Positions 18,601 through 28,769 of a stretch of 64,000 nt of DNA are shown piece by piece; positions within the stretch are counted from its first letter, which is position 1, and each line of letters starts with the position of its first letter. The notes beneath the pieces are model-generated. The model had not been told where the DNA came from. It saw only the letters and a program-made list of their open reading frames with translations, and did no database searches. The stretch is from the IMG/VR virus record IMGVR_UViG_3300020182_003555, one strand, 5' to 3'. Made by a program: the position numbers and the translations under genes. This stretch comes from a virus.

Positions 18601-21600
18601 GCGTATGGTCTTGCAAGCATGCATTCAAAATCGATCGGAGAGGGAATCTCAAGCTTAGCTATGGCGAAAGGCTATATTCCTAACTTTGCTGACCCATTAT
18701 CTGATGCGATAGGTAGGGAAAAAGAGGCTGGGGTTCCTGTTTCTAAAATACGAATTGGCTCCCATCCTGCACTCATGGGCAAAAGCAATCCTGTAGGACT
18801 CGGCGTAACCAATACTGACGATGAACCAAATGGACTGCGAGATGTATTTGGTGCCGCTAATGGATATGTGCCAAATTATGCACCGACTCCATTAACATAC
18901 TCTGATATAGGTTCCGGCAGAAGCGGAGGCTCTTCAGCTGCGCAAGCACAAATGGAAAAAAACGCCAAGCAGTACAATAAAAGTCTGCAAAAATTAATAA
19001 AACTTTTTGAGCGAAAAAAACTGAGCCACGAGCAATTAATAAAAGGTTCAAATAATTTAAATCAAAAATACAGAGTAAATGCAAATGCATCTTCAAAAGT
19101 GTCGAAAGAACTTAATTCTATGCAAGGCTCTATTAGTAAAGCTAAAGCGGGTCTATCTGGTATGAATAGTAAATTTGCGGGCAGCAAGGTTGGTAAGGCA
19201 CTTGATAGTAGCGGTGGACAAATGGCTCTTATGATGGGATTACCTATGGCAGGGGGATTTGTAGAAGAAAATGTAGGAGGAACACTTGGTTCTGCGATTG
19301 GCGGAGCTTTACAGGGGGCTGGGACGGGAGCTTCAATGGGGATGATGTTTGGACCTCTTGGAACCGCAATAGGAGCAACTGCTGGAGCACTTTACGGTTT
19401 AACTTCTGGAATTGAAAAAGCCAAAGACTCTCAGGCTTTGTTAGTCGCAGAACAAAACATCGCTCGACAAAAAATAAACGACGATAAAGTTGCTGCTTCT
19501 TTTAATGCGATGATTGGAGAAATTGTACAAAACACTTCTAAGATCAATTTTGATGCTCAAGCCAATATTTCGGAGCAAGTTTCTGTATTCTCTAAATTGG
19601 GCAAAGCGGGTTCAGGAATATTCGGAATGAAAAATGGGGAGACCGCAGATAAATTAACTGATTCTTTGCGCGCAATTATAGCAACTCCAGATTCAAAAGG
19701 CGGCAAGGCTGCAAATCTTTTAGGACTTGAAGTTGAGGACTTGATTGATCAGAATGCAGTTCAATTTACAAGAGAAAATGAGGGCGAGTTTTTTGACTTT
19801 AGAGATAGTATCCTGCAAATAGATAAAGTCGTCGAAGGTATATTAAACAGAACTATCACAGAAAAAGGCGTTGGCGCTGAGGATGACGACCCATCAAATA
19901 TAGCTATAAATAGTTTAAATGAATCCAGAGAAGATCTTAGAAGAGCTTTGATTGTTCAAATGAATCAGATGGAGGGAGGGCGGGCAATAATTGCTGATTT
20001 TTATAAAACTCAAGAGGTAACAACTTCTTTTGCGAAAGAATTTCAGGGATTTTATAAAGAAGCTCCAAAGACCCTTGCTGAATCAGTCGCCGTACTTGGT
20101 AATCTTTCGGTTGAAGATCTTCAAGGTAAAGATCGGGAAGGTGCAGCTAAGTCAGTGGTGAAATCTTTTATTGAAAAAGGTTTGGATGATGATTCGGAAA
20201 TGCAAGTAGAAATTAAAGGCAAAATAGAAACTGTTAATAAGCGTCAACTTTTGGCGGCAGTTGAGGCCGCAGAAGAAGGCCAGCAGTTAGCTAAATTATT
20301 GCAAAGCATAGGATTATCTACTAAAAAAGTACTCACCACTTCAAAGGGGCAACAGCGAGCAGTCATTCTACAACTAAATACTCAGAAAGCTATGATCACT
20401 GCTCAACGAGCCGCTTATAAGGCTCAGGTTGATATAAAATCAAAATATCTAAAACAATCTAATTTATTGAATTCTCAAGAAAAAATGCTCGGCGGGTTAA
20501 TGAGTGAAGAGCAAAAAGTTAGAATTCAGTATAATAAAAATTTATTAAAAGCTAGTGAGGCTTATGCGTTAGGCGCTCAGGCTGCTGTAGCCGATAAAAG
20601 GGCAGGAATTATTACGGATATTGGCAAAGATAAAAATCTACAACAAGCTTTAAAGCAGGAGTTGTTTAAAGATGAAATCGGAAAAGGTAAAAAATACTCA
20701 AAAGTCAAAGAAGTCGAGACTGCAGATTTGACTTATAAATTAGCAGCAATGGACGCTGAGGAATTATTGGTAATTTTAAAAAATCTTAATATATCGGGGG
20801 ATGCAGCAAACAAAATAATAGAAAATAGAAATTTATTGTACGAAAATGCTATTGATACTCTAAAAAAGCAAGAGACATTGACAAACAAGCGAAGTCAATT
20901 AGAGCGCGACTTAAATATGAAGCTTGCAGAGCGAAAAACATTAATGGAAGATATTAATCGTGAAATGCAAAATTACGTTCGAGGCTTAGATTATGCAACT
21001 CAATCGAGAGCCATGGAATCAGAAATAGCATCTGCTCAATTTAGAGCTGGACCCGACAGGACTAGAGAAGAAATTGTGGCCGAAGAAAGAAGGCTTGTCG
21101 AGCAACGAAAGCAAGACACTATTGGTGAATATGTAAAATTCACGGCTTCCAAGAGTGCAAAAATAGTAGAAGCATCAAAGACTCGTGAGGACCTTGAGGG
21201 CCTGTTTGCATCGCAAGGCGGAGAAGCTGAAGTTCAAAGATTAGAAAAAATTGCCATGACCCCTGCTCCCATCGCCAATTGGAAAGAAGTTAATCAAGAA
21301 CTGCAGGAATTAAAAACTCTACAAGGGTCAGTAAATGTCGCAAAAGAAGAAGAAAAACAATTAATGCAAGATACAACCAAAAAAATTGAAGATCAATTAA
21401 ATTTAACTAATCAAAAAATCTCAAAAGAAGAAAAACTACAACAAATCAGAGAAAAAGAATATGCGCGAAAAACTGGCCCTGGCGCTTTCGGAGAGGGCAT
21501 TAAAGATGCTGGGATAGATATGGAAAAGCGGGTCGCTATGATGGACTACGAGCTTGGCCAAAGAATTCCGCAAGCTTTCGCTGATGGGCTTTCCAACGCA

Positions 21601-22905
21601 ATGGTTGACGCAATTAATGGCACAAAAAGCATAAAAGAAGGTTTAATGGATGCCGCGATTGGGTTTCTTGGTATGATTCAAAAAGCCATGATGCAAAAAA
21701 TGGTCATGCAAGCAATGGGGTCCATGGGGTTTTCTCAAGGAGGTAATGTCCGCAATTACTCAAAAGGCGGAAATGTTCCCGCAAGGGTTTCGGATGGAGA
21801 ATATTTAATGAGTCGAGAGGCTGTAAATAAATACGGCGGATCATTTATGCATGGATTGAACGCTGGAGGGCGCGCTCCTGAATTCGCTAGCGGCGGGGAA
21901 GTTTTTAGTGCTGGATTAATTGGTGGCGGTATATCTTCAAAAATTTTAGAAGGAAAAAAGAAACGTCAAGATTCTCTGAGAACTGCTGTGGAGAATAATT
22001 TACTATCGAAGGGGAAAATAAAAAGAGAAGAGGGTTCTATGGGGGCGCCTGTAGAACAAGGGTCTGCGCTTGCCCAAAATTTTGGAGGAGGGCGAGGTTT
22101 TGACTCTGGTAGGTTATACCAAAAAAGAGCGATGAGCAGCGCTTTTTACGCTCAGTCTGATAATGTGGGACTTACCGAGGATACAGGTGCAATGCAATCA
22201 ATACTTTCAGAGGAAGATCATATTCGTCAAATGGAAGAAGCAAGAAGGCAGGCTAAAAAAGCAAAAAGGAAGCAGTTGATGAATATGGCTATTGGCGTTG
22301 CCGCTCAATTTGCACTTGGAAAAATATTTAGCGGCAGCAGTGGGCCAAAAATGGGGCTAGGAAGGGACACTATATCAAGAATGCCTGAAAGCTCATTTGA
22401 TTTTTCGGGCGTTAAGTCTAGCCCTGTAGGAGATTTTTCTCAATTTGGTGATTATAATTATAGTAGCCAGTTAGGTCGATTATACAACGGAGGCCCAATT
22501 CGTAAGTATGCCAGTGGTGGACACATCGCAGGAAAATCTGGAATCGATCAAATTCCTGCGATGTTAAGCGAAGGAGAGTATGTAATCAAGGCTAGTAGTG
22601 CTCGTCAACTTGGTAAGCCAATGCTTGATCAAATAAATGCAGGAAAATTTCAATTCGGAGGAGAGGTTTCCCCTATAAACTCGGTTGCTGAATCAACATC
22701 TTCAGGAGGGAACACTAATAATATTTCCATATCGGTCAACATTAAAAAGGGCACAGGTGAAGACGCAACTCAGGTTGAAGATGCAAAACCAAATTCGGAG
22801 GATGGAGGGCCTGACGGAGCTCAAGAGTTTGCGGACAAAATAAAAACTCAAGTTGTAGCTGTCATTGTCCAGGAGCAGCGTCCAGGAGGGTTGCTTTTTG
22901 ATTGA
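15697..22905 (+). CDS. tail tape measure protein (TP901-type core) with inserted domains
   Basis: 2402 aa, Ala/Gly-rich helical; core ...EYARQGL..ETLKRT..ALIL.RLTGMD; C-terminal FASGG and AMLSEGEYVI motifs. Confidence 0.92.
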   Translation: MSINLNVNGNTAPLEAAVQAAVNRIRKTPIKVTVDDKGATQPLGNMKRGADEFSKSMEAANARIIAFGASMAIINGISDAFKAMVTNVVQVEKALADINVVMGLSLANLDKFSDSLFKVAKETAASFDVAAAAATEYARQGLAVEETLKRTKDALILTRLTGMDSANAVKALTAAMNTYGDQIKDTTQLVSKFAAVDVKFAVSAEDFADAISRTGQAAKSAGVDIDELVGLVTAAQQQTARGGKVIGNSFKTIFTRIGRTDTLNQLENLGIAVRDVEGNTIGAKRILTDLANTFDSLTESQKAQIAQTVGGVFQINVLKAVLSDAAKQNGILANATQISAGATDEAIQKNEQLRSTMSAMASETGLALKEVSAKIGELAIAPGMEKILNIVKGFAEGASDMLGDGESSGNKFATGFLKGLGNIITGPGLVVIVAVFGKLFLKAAQYARESLSSLIGVTSEAQKQKAIQTSLVTLFGQNAALSKEMLRTDISRTEKERIILGLLKAQVVEANTLNTIARSSAANLYQKGFGSNLAPRGKPRRTSAQGYIPNYVDAERQQAAQGGYAAGSIRSMNMPGEGSVIYNSAEKVKNFKGMSQPAIMPPKSSKAGENYQQAFDSIHGFDPYAAGGYIPNFAKKTASKTSDIPRNLNSKKLGDLNKDSSLILLTADSSADSESRFFVGKDPKGGTKILNTADLASKRTTGYYQVDVPYYSLDKNDKSRKSKIDLPSIQKAITAAASGKALDIAKQIVGGEKNLKPFNREQIKETFNKGAFKGAAGSAFESAIAAALDSYLFQDYKARTDTSAIDLPYDPKVFQYFGAPPGAGKMGAEVKADLANNLQQGAANKFYQVLAGGRAAWQYKDKNFKDQMRGPTEDAGLERRGGAYFKKGRAYGHIPNFAAARLALTGGLVGKNKFGNIDRRQMTRLVRSNPYFNGLMNEHLTWDSFPKKDKRKLSRWLLKQGVSNRALQAYGLASMHSKSIGEGISSLAMAKGYIPNFADPLSDAIGREKEAGVPVSKIRIGSHPALMGKSNPVGLGVTNTDDEPNGLRDVFGAANGYVPNYAPTPLTYSDIGSGRSGGSSAAQAQMEKNAKQYNKSLQKLIKLFERKKLSHEQLIKGSNNLNQKYRVNANASSKVSKELNSMQGSISKAKAGLSGMNSKFAGSKVGKALDSSGGQMALMMGLPMAGGFVEENVGGTLGSAIGGALQGAGTGASMGMMFGPLGTAIGATAGALYGLTSGIEKAKDSQALLVAEQNIARQKINDDKVAASFNAMIGEIVQNTSKINFDAQANISEQVSVFSKLGKAGSGIFGMKNGETADKLTDSLRAIIATPDSKGGKAANLLGLEVEDLIDQNAVQFTRENEGEFFDFRDSILQIDKVVEGILNRTITEKGVGAEDDDPSNIAINSLNESREDLRRALIVQMNQMEGGRAIIADFYKTQEVTTSFAKEFQGFYKEAPKTLAESVAVLGNLSVEDLQGKDREGAAKSVVKSFIEKGLDDDSEMQVEIKGKIETVNKRQLLAAVEAAEEGQQLAKLLQSIGLSTKKVLTTSKGQQRAVILQLNTQKAMITAQRAAYKAQVDIKSKYLKQSNLLNSQEKMLGGLMSEEQKVRIQYNKNLLKASEAYALGAQAAVADKRAGIITDIGKDKNLQQALKQELFKDEIGKGKKYSKVKEVETADLTYKLAAMDAEELLVILKNLNISGDAANKIIENRNLLYENAIDTLKKQETLTNKRSQLERDLNMKLAERKTLMEDINREMQNYVRGLDYATQSRAMESEIASAQFRAGPDRTREEIVAEERRLVEQRKQDTIGEYVKFTASKSAKIVEASKTREDLEGLFASQGGEAEVQRLEKIAMTPAPIANWKEVNQELQELKTLQGSVNVAKEEEKQLMQDTTKKIEDQLNLTNQKISKEEKLQQIREKEYARKTGPGAFGEGIKDAGIDMEKRVAMMDYELGQRIPQAFADGLSNAMVDAINGTKSIKEGLMDAAIGFLGMIQKAMMQKMVMQAMGSMGFSQGGNVRNYSKGGNVPARVSDGEYLMSREAVNKYGGSFMHGLNAGGRAPEFASGGEVFSAGLIGGGISSKILEGKKKRQDSLRTAVENNLLSKGKIKREEGSMGAPVEQGSALAQNFGGGRGFDSGRLYQKRAMSSAFYAQSDNVGLTEDTGAMQSILSEEDHIRQMEEARRQAKKAKRKQLMNMAIGVAAQFALGKIFSGSSGPKMGLGRDTISRMPESSFDFSGVKSSPVGDFSQFGDYNYSSQLGRLYNGGPIRKYASGGHIAGKSGIDQIPAMLSEGEYVIKASSARQLGKPMLDQINAGKFQFGGEVSPINSVAESTSSGGNTNNISISVNIKKGTGEDATQVEDAKPNSEDGGPDGAQEFADKIKTQVVAVIVQEQRPGGLLFD

Positions 22906-24629
22906 TGAGCTACTCGAATTACGAACAAGTTGTCATTCTCGACGGTTTTGCCTTATCGGGAGTTCAGAGTGTGGAGGCTAATTATGGGATATCCGAAAAG
23001 CCAATTAAGGTTGCAGGGGTTGGTTTTATTGATGCCCTAGTTGACAAGCCTCTAGAGGGTAACTTTTCGGTATCGAGGGAAATGGTAAGTTCTGACCCAT
23101 TGCTTCAGCGGGACTCTTTGGGTAATTATAAATTTGACGAACAAGAAATCAGTGGAGTTATTTTATACGATAATAACTCGAAAGGTTTCGGTTTTACTAA
23201 GGCTCGGGTTAATCAGTATTCGATATCTTGCTCTGTGGGAGATATACCCTCCATAGAGACGAGTTTAACTGTATATGGAGAACTGGGAAAAGGGGTGATG
23301 GCTGGGAATAGCTCGTTGTTTGTTTTGAAAAAAAATTATAATGAAGGTTTTGATGGGGATTACGTTTACCTAACGAGCTCTAGCGAAGAATTTATTGATC
23401 AAAACGTAAATCTGCTTGAGTCTTGGAAAAATAAAACTCTTAGTGTATCTGATCAGGCTTATAATGGTCTAGCCGAGGACTCTAAATTTATCCAGTACGG
23501 ATTTGTTGAGGCTTTAGGGTTGCGCACTTATTCCTCGGGGTGGTATTATTCCGATTGGTTTTTTATTTCCAAGAAGAATACCTCTTTGTCTTTAAACTAT
23601 AGCCTTACATATTGCCCGGAAGTGAACGGGGTTTTCGATCATACCTTAAGTTCTTATTGGGTCTTTAATAATTTTCTTGGCTGGGTTTACGTTCAAACTT
23701 CTGAGTCTAATTTTTCCTCGAGCAAGCAAATGTGGTTTTCTGTTTTTCTTGAATTGCAAGGGAGTGGAGGGGCTTTTCAGTCGCCGGTTTGGATGTGGTC
23801 CGATCAGGAATTGTTAAATTCGAGGGGTGTAGCTTATTTATTCTCTCCAGAACAAAATATTATGCAGAATACTTGGGTTGAATTTTTTAGAGATTCTTTG
23901 GGCGAGTATAAATCTATTCTTTATGACCATTCTGGCTCAAGGTGGCTCGGAATGTCGGGGTTATCTGTTGATTCTACTTCCAAATTAATACTTGAAGAGT
24001 TAAGCTTAGAGGATATAAATTTAAGACAACTATCTCCAAGCCTAGCTCCTTCTGCAACTGTTCAGGATAACCTTCTGCTCCCCGCCTCGGATATTTTGAC
24101 TCTGGGAAAAGACGCTTTTGAGCTAGCTACTTACGATGTCAATAAACTTATAAGAAGTAGTCATCCACCAATCAGCTTTCCAGACCAATCAACTATATCA
24201 ATAATTATTGATGATTTTAATATAGACGCTGTTAGTGATTTTAGTTTTAGTCGAGCAATAAATCTTCAACCTATATACGCGATCCCAAAAGGAACTTCAG
24301 AGGATTGGGCTTTGGGGAAAAAGGCTTCAGTGAAAAATCTAGAACCTGTTCAAGTTGACACTCAGTACCCAATAGAAACAGACATTAATGTTACTATTAT
24401 AGTAAATAATTACGAAATAAGAGAAATAAAAGATAGAATTCAGTCCGCCCCAAAGAGTAACGTAAGTATAATCATAAGTGATTCTAAGACAGGGTTGGAA
24501 ATTGATTCTTTTTTTGGAAGAAACGTAAGGCTCGTGGGAGAATCTATTTCTTCTTCTGTTGAGGGGGAGATGTCTATATCTTTGACATATAAAGGTTATG
24601 ACACTTACAGGTATTTAAATTATGAGTGA
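22902..24629 (+). CDS. distal tail/hub protein with tube-like fold and a Trp-rich insert
   Basis: Follows the tape measure; LSGVQSVEANY and YSISCSVGDIPSIETSLTVYG echo the tube proteins. Confidence 0.55.
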   Translation: MMSYSNYEQVVILDGFALSGVQSVEANYGISEKPIKVAGVGFIDALVDKPLEGNFSVSREMVSSDPLLQRDSLGNYKFDEQEISGVILYDNNSKGFGFTKARVNQYSISCSVGDIPSIETSLTVYGELGKGVMAGNSSLFVLKKNYNEGFDGDYVYLTSSSEEFIDQNVNLLESWKNKTLSVSDQAYNGLAEDSKFIQYGFVEALGLRTYSSGWYYSDWFFISKKNTSLSLNYSLTYCPEVNGVFDHTLSSYWVFNNFLGWVYVQTSESNFSSSKQMWFSVFLELQGSGGAFQSPVWMWSDQELLNSRGVAYLFSPEQNIMQNTWVEFFRDSLGEYKSILYDHSGSRWLGMSGLSVDSTSKLILEELSLEDINLRQLSPSLAPSATVQDNLLLPASDILTLGKDAFELATYDVNKLIRSSHPPISFPDQSTISIIIDDFNIDAVSDFSFSRAINLQPIYAIPKGTSEDWALGKKASVKNLEPVQVDTQYPIETDINVTIIVNNYEIREIKDRIQSAPKSNVSIIISDSKTGLEIDSFFGRNVRLVGESISSSVEGEMSISLTYKGYDTYRYLNYE

Positions 24630-25542
24630 CCCTTTTTTAAGATTTGAAAGCGGTAAAATATCTTTAGGTAATAAAGATTTAATGGTCAACTCTGCTAATT
24701 TGTCTATGAGCCCATCTCTTGCTGTTGAAAAAGTTTACGGAAATTATAAAAGGGGATTGTCTGGAGCGGGAGTTGAATTTGTTGGCTTTTCTCCTATTCA
24801 GCCGCTAACTGGAACTTTGGATATAGGTTTCTATATATCTGCAGAAACTTTTTCAAAAGACGGCTCCCCTAATAACATAAATAGGATCTTCGATATAAAG
24901 AGTGGAATGTCAGAGCTTCCTGTTAACGGAAATAAAGTTGGGAGGTACTCGTTTGACAACGCTTTTTTAACATCTTTGAGCTTCAAGCTTGTTCCTTTTG
25001 GCGTTATTCAGGCTTCAGCGTCTTACGCTATTTACGGAACTATAACTAATAAGGGTGTTGCCGACACCTTTAATAAGAGCGAGGTTGATTTTGCTCACGG
25101 ATTGAAATCTTTTGGGGATTTAAAAATTGGTTCGTCAATTGCGGAGGATGTTGTTGGGGGCAGATTTGAAATTAGCGAGTTAAGTTATAGTATAAAGGTG
25201 GAAAGAAAAACGCATTATCGAGTTAGAGAATCTGAAAACACCTCTGTAAATACTAACGCTTCGGGAGTTCTTCCTTGCAGGGTTTCTGTTGAAGGAATAG
25301 AAAAAAAAATGAATATAACTTCTAACGAAATTGTTCCTTTTTTAAATTCTTACGGAGTTCAACAAAGGCTTGCTGGCGTAAATAGCGATCTAATGGTTGA
25401 TGCTTCTGCTTTTTTGTACTCTTTGCAGGATACTCAGATAGCTAAGTTTGATTGCTCCGGCAGAATTGTTGATCAGTCTTTATCCATTTCTGAGGGTCAA
25501 CACTCAATGGGTTCCATATCAATCAGAGAAGTAGTCAGCTAA
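24622..25542 (+). CDS. tail hub protein, probable tube-like fold
   Basis: Position and alternating beta pattern (VNSANLSMS, FLTSLSFKL, IQASASYAIYG). Confidence 0.45.
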   Translation: MSDPFLRFESGKISLGNKDLMVNSANLSMSPSLAVEKVYGNYKRGLSGAGVEFVGFSPIQPLTGTLDIGFYISAETFSKDGSPNNINRIFDIKSGMSELPVNGNKVGRYSFDNAFLTSLSFKLVPFGVIQASASYAIYGTITNKGVADTFNKSEVDFAHGLKSFGDLKIGSSIAEDVVGGRFEISELSYSIKVERKTHYRVRESENTSVNTNASGVLPCRVSVEGIEKKMNITSNEIVPFLNSYGVQQRLAGVNSDLMVDASAFLYSLQDTQIAKFDCSGRIVDQSLSISEGQHSMGSISIREVVS

Positions 25543-25544
25543 TT

Positions 25545-28500
25545 ATGAAATACCCAGGATCTCCATTTTATATAGATCAGTTACTAGAGAATATTGATCC
25601 AGGATTTAAGCCTCCTTCTTTCGCTGGGCATATTTCGAATTATAGTGGTAATTTTGAACAAGGAGCTAGTTATAAAAAGTTCGATTTTGTTTACAATACT
25701 GGAGATAGTTCTTTTTATTATGCAAAGGAGGATATTACCGACGGAGCGGGACTGGTTCTCGAGAGCTCTCACCGATTTTCTCTTGATCCTGACGGACCGT
25801 TAATTGACGGCAAGCCATCTTATTATATAATAGATGAACTTGCTGAAGCTGAAGCTCTCGGCAGTGAACTTCAAGTGGGTCAGACTTTAAAAATAGAGGG
25901 TTCTGTTAATGGTAATGATGGAAGTTTTTTAATTAAAGACGTTGAAGCTAACGTTGAGAATATTCCCGATAGCGACATTATTCTTCAAACCCTTGATGTT
26001 TCTACTGTTGGGTTTGGTTGGTATAGATCAAGCTGGTTCTTGTTTCCTGGAAGAGGTGGAGATAATGAATTAAATTTAACTTCATTCTGGCGCTCTCAAG
26101 AAACTAACTGGATAAGAACTAGCGCTCTTGGTTGGTTGTACCTTTCACCTTTGCCGCAGGGCTTAAGCTTATCTCCCCCAGAGAGAAAGTTGTGGTTTTT
26201 TAGAGAGACGTTTTTTTCAAGAAATACTCCTGAGGGGGCCTTACCTGCGGGGCATTGGATCTATGCTAGTGAAGAACTTATCGGAGGAAGTGATCTCGAA
26301 TCAAACAGTTTTCTTTACTTGGTTCCTCAATTTACTAATGAGCTTGGGCCTGAAGGTTGGTTATATCTGAGCAAAGGCGATCAAGATAACTCTATGTTTA
26401 TTTATAATTTTTCTAACGAAAAATGGTACGGCATAAAAAGGGATCTTGCTGGAGTAAATAATAATGTCAATGGAGTTACTATTACTCAATCTAAGCCTTC
26501 TTTTCCTGTTCCTGACAGACTGGGAGACGGAAAGGTTTCAAAAATACAAATTCAAGGGTTAACAGATAATGACTCTATAGTGTCTTTCGAGGAGAAATCC
26601 TCTAACCCTATAAAGTTATCCTTGATAAACTTTACTCCTGGCAGTAGCCCTGATAAATGGGCAAAGGATTTGTTCTTTTTTGACTGCGATTACGGCTCTT
26701 CTGCTAATTTTAAATGCGATAATTTTAAATATGAATTTGGTAATGGTTATTATATAACGCAGCCGAAGTCTATTAATTCTCTAAGTTGCAATTTTAATTT
26801 AAGTTTTAAGAATAGGACTAACAGAGAAGCTAATGCAATTATTCATTTTTTAGAAAATCATCAGGGGCAGCATGAAAAACACGAAAATTCAGTAAACTTA
26901 AAATATTCTCAGGGAGTGTCTGGATTTAGGTGGGGCGGGGATTCAACCTTCCATCCGTACGATTCAATATCTAATCAGTCTAAAGATTTTTACTGTAATG
27001 AATTTTCCCATTCTTTGAATTTCGAAAACAGTAATGATATTTCTTTATCTTTTAGAAATTTTAATACTTCAATACTTAATAAGTCTGAAAGTATGTATGT
27101 AAAGCCTCCTGGCAGTTATAATGAAAATATAAATTATCAACTTAATGATGTAATTTTTTCTACTGGAGATCATGAGTATTATTATTACTGGAATGAGTCT
27201 TCTTCTGTTAATGGAAGAAGTCCGGTTCGTGAAACGAGCGAATATTCTCGTGAGTTTGGTTATTACGAACAAATAAATAAAGAATTTTGGACTAGAGATT
27301 TCTTTTGGAAGCCTTCTTTGGGTCTTGAGGTAAACCATTCAGTTTCTCTCCAGGAAATCTCTGTTGATAACTCTTATATTCAGATGTATAAAGATGGTAT
27401 TAATGATAATTTACTTACGCTGAACTTGAGTTTTAATAATAGGGGTGACGAGGAGGCTTGGGCCATTCTTCATTTTTTAGAGAGTCATTACGGATCTATT
27501 CCGTTCTTATTCTCTCCTCCTGCTCCATACGAGACTCCTCAAAATTTTATATGTTCGGAGTGGAGTCATGTTTATAATTTTAAGAATAATCATAGCATTT
27601 CTGCTGTTTTTGAGCAGTTCCCTTTTAATTTAACCTCTTCGAATTTATCCAGTTATACTTCTCCACCTTTGTATACTCCCGGAGAGTTAAGTTTTTCGTC
27701 TCCACTGGTTTTCTCGGATAAATTTTCTTCTGGAGGTTATAATAAACAAAGAATAAGGAATAGGTTAAAGTTGGAGAATATAGGTGATGGACCTGTTACT
27801 TTACATTCAATTATTTGCAATGATGATCATTTTGAAATTCTTGGCTCTAACTCCTTGGTGCCCCCTTTTATTCCCGAGTCCACCTCTGCAGAGTCTTTTA
27901 TTTACGTCTTGCCGAGTGATAAGAATTTACCTTTTAATCTTGATGGGGCAAAAATTAAACTTGATAAGAAATTTAAGGATGGTTTAGACGGTGGGCAATT
28001 TTTTATATTAATGGAGGGTAGCGGGACAGTAAAAAGCGAGTGGACTCCTAAGTTAGTAAATGGTCGCCAGCAATCTTTTTTTCAGGATAACACAGGAAAA
28101 ATAAGGGATGTTTTAGATGAGGATGGCGAACGTTACCTTTGTGAATATTTTATTGCTGAGCAGTTTTTTGAAAACAATTCTCAAGCAGAAATTCCCGGAG
28201 GATCTTCTGGTTTTATTGATATAGTCTTTGATGGGGAAGGTTTCTCGCAGGAAAAAAATTACCTAGTGAACGAAGATGGCGAGCAAATATATTATAAGTT
28301 GGTCGGCGATGATATTTACGAATCATACGTTAATAAATATTCAGATCTATCTGCCTCTTATTTAAGTTTTTTGAGTCAAAAACTTTCTTTTTCTCGCGAA
28401 TTCAAATTAAAGATTCATACTAGCGATACACTTAGTACTTTGTTTCAAAAAATGTTGGACAGGGTTCCTAGCTATGTAGAAACGAATGATCATTGGGGTT

Positions 28501-28769
28501 GGACTTTTGATGGAAATACTACTGTTGGGCAGGCGATTAAAATAATCGAAGGGTCTCCAGAGTTTAAAGATAAAACTAGTAAATCTTTATTTGGTAAGAT
28601 TCACTGGAACGATCATGGTCCCTCTCAGTCGAGAACTTTGCCTGAATCTTCCGGGCCTATTGAAATTTCCAATGAAGATACGTATTATAGTTCAAAGATT
28701 ATTATAGAAAGCAGTGAGCAATTTAGCCCTCAAGAAGCTTCATTAAGTGTATATATTAAAAATTTATGA
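25545..28769 (+). CDS. lambda gpM-like minor tail protein with two M domains and inserts
   Basis: Two copies of (F/V)xNxY.....IN......L.F.NR...EA.AI.HFLE.H.G; the second is followed by PFLFSPP. Confidence 0.75.
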   Translation: MKYPGSPFYIDQLLENIDPGFKPPSFAGHISNYSGNFEQGASYKKFDFVYNTGDSSFYYAKEDITDGAGLVLESSHRFSLDPDGPLIDGKPSYYIIDELAEAEALGSELQVGQTLKIEGSVNGNDGSFLIKDVEANVENIPDSDIILQTLDVSTVGFGWYRSSWFLFPGRGGDNELNLTSFWRSQETNWIRTSALGWLYLSPLPQGLSLSPPERKLWFFRETFFSRNTPEGALPAGHWIYASEELIGGSDLESNSFLYLVPQFTNELGPEGWLYLSKGDQDNSMFIYNFSNEKWYGIKRDLAGVNNNVNGVTITQSKPSFPVPDRLGDGKVSKIQIQGLTDNDSIVSFEEKSSNPIKLSLINFTPGSSPDKWAKDLFFFDCDYGSSANFKCDNFKYEFGNGYYITQPKSINSLSCNFNLSFKNRTNREANAIIHFLENHQGQHEKHENSVNLKYSQGVSGFRWGGDSTFHPYDSISNQSKDFYCNEFSHSLNFENSNDISLSFRNFNTSILNKSESMYVKPPGSYNENINYQLNDVIFSTGDHEYYYYWNESSSVNGRSPVRETSEYSREFGYYEQINKEFWTRDFFWKPSLGLEVNHSVSLQEISVDNSYIQMYKDGINDNLLTLNLSFNNRGDEEAWAILHFLESHYGSIPFLFSPPAPYETPQNFICSEWSHVYNFKNNHSISAVFEQFPFNLTSSNLSSYTSPPLYTPGELSFSSPLVFSDKFSSGGYNKQRIRNRLKLENIGDGPVTLHSIICNDDHFEILGSNSLVPPFIPESTSAESFIYVLPSDKNLPFNLDGAKIKLDKKFKDGLDGGQFFILMEGSGTVKSEWTPKLVNGRQQSFFQDNTGKIRDVLDEDGERYLCEYFIAEQFFENNSQAEIPGGSSGFIDIVFDGEGFSQEKNYLVNEDGEQIYYKLVGDDIYESYVNKYSDLSASYLSFLSQKLSFSREFKLKIHTSDTLSTLFQKMLDRVPSYVETNDHWGWTFDGNTTVGQAIKIIEGSPEFKDKTSKSLFGKIHWNDHGPSQSRTLPESSGPIEISNEDTYYSSKIIIESSEQFSPQEASLSVYIKNL
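28747..28753 (+). promoter_or_regulatory. putative phage late promoter, GTGTATA
   Basis: 19 nt upstream of ATG 28766. Confidence 0.45.
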
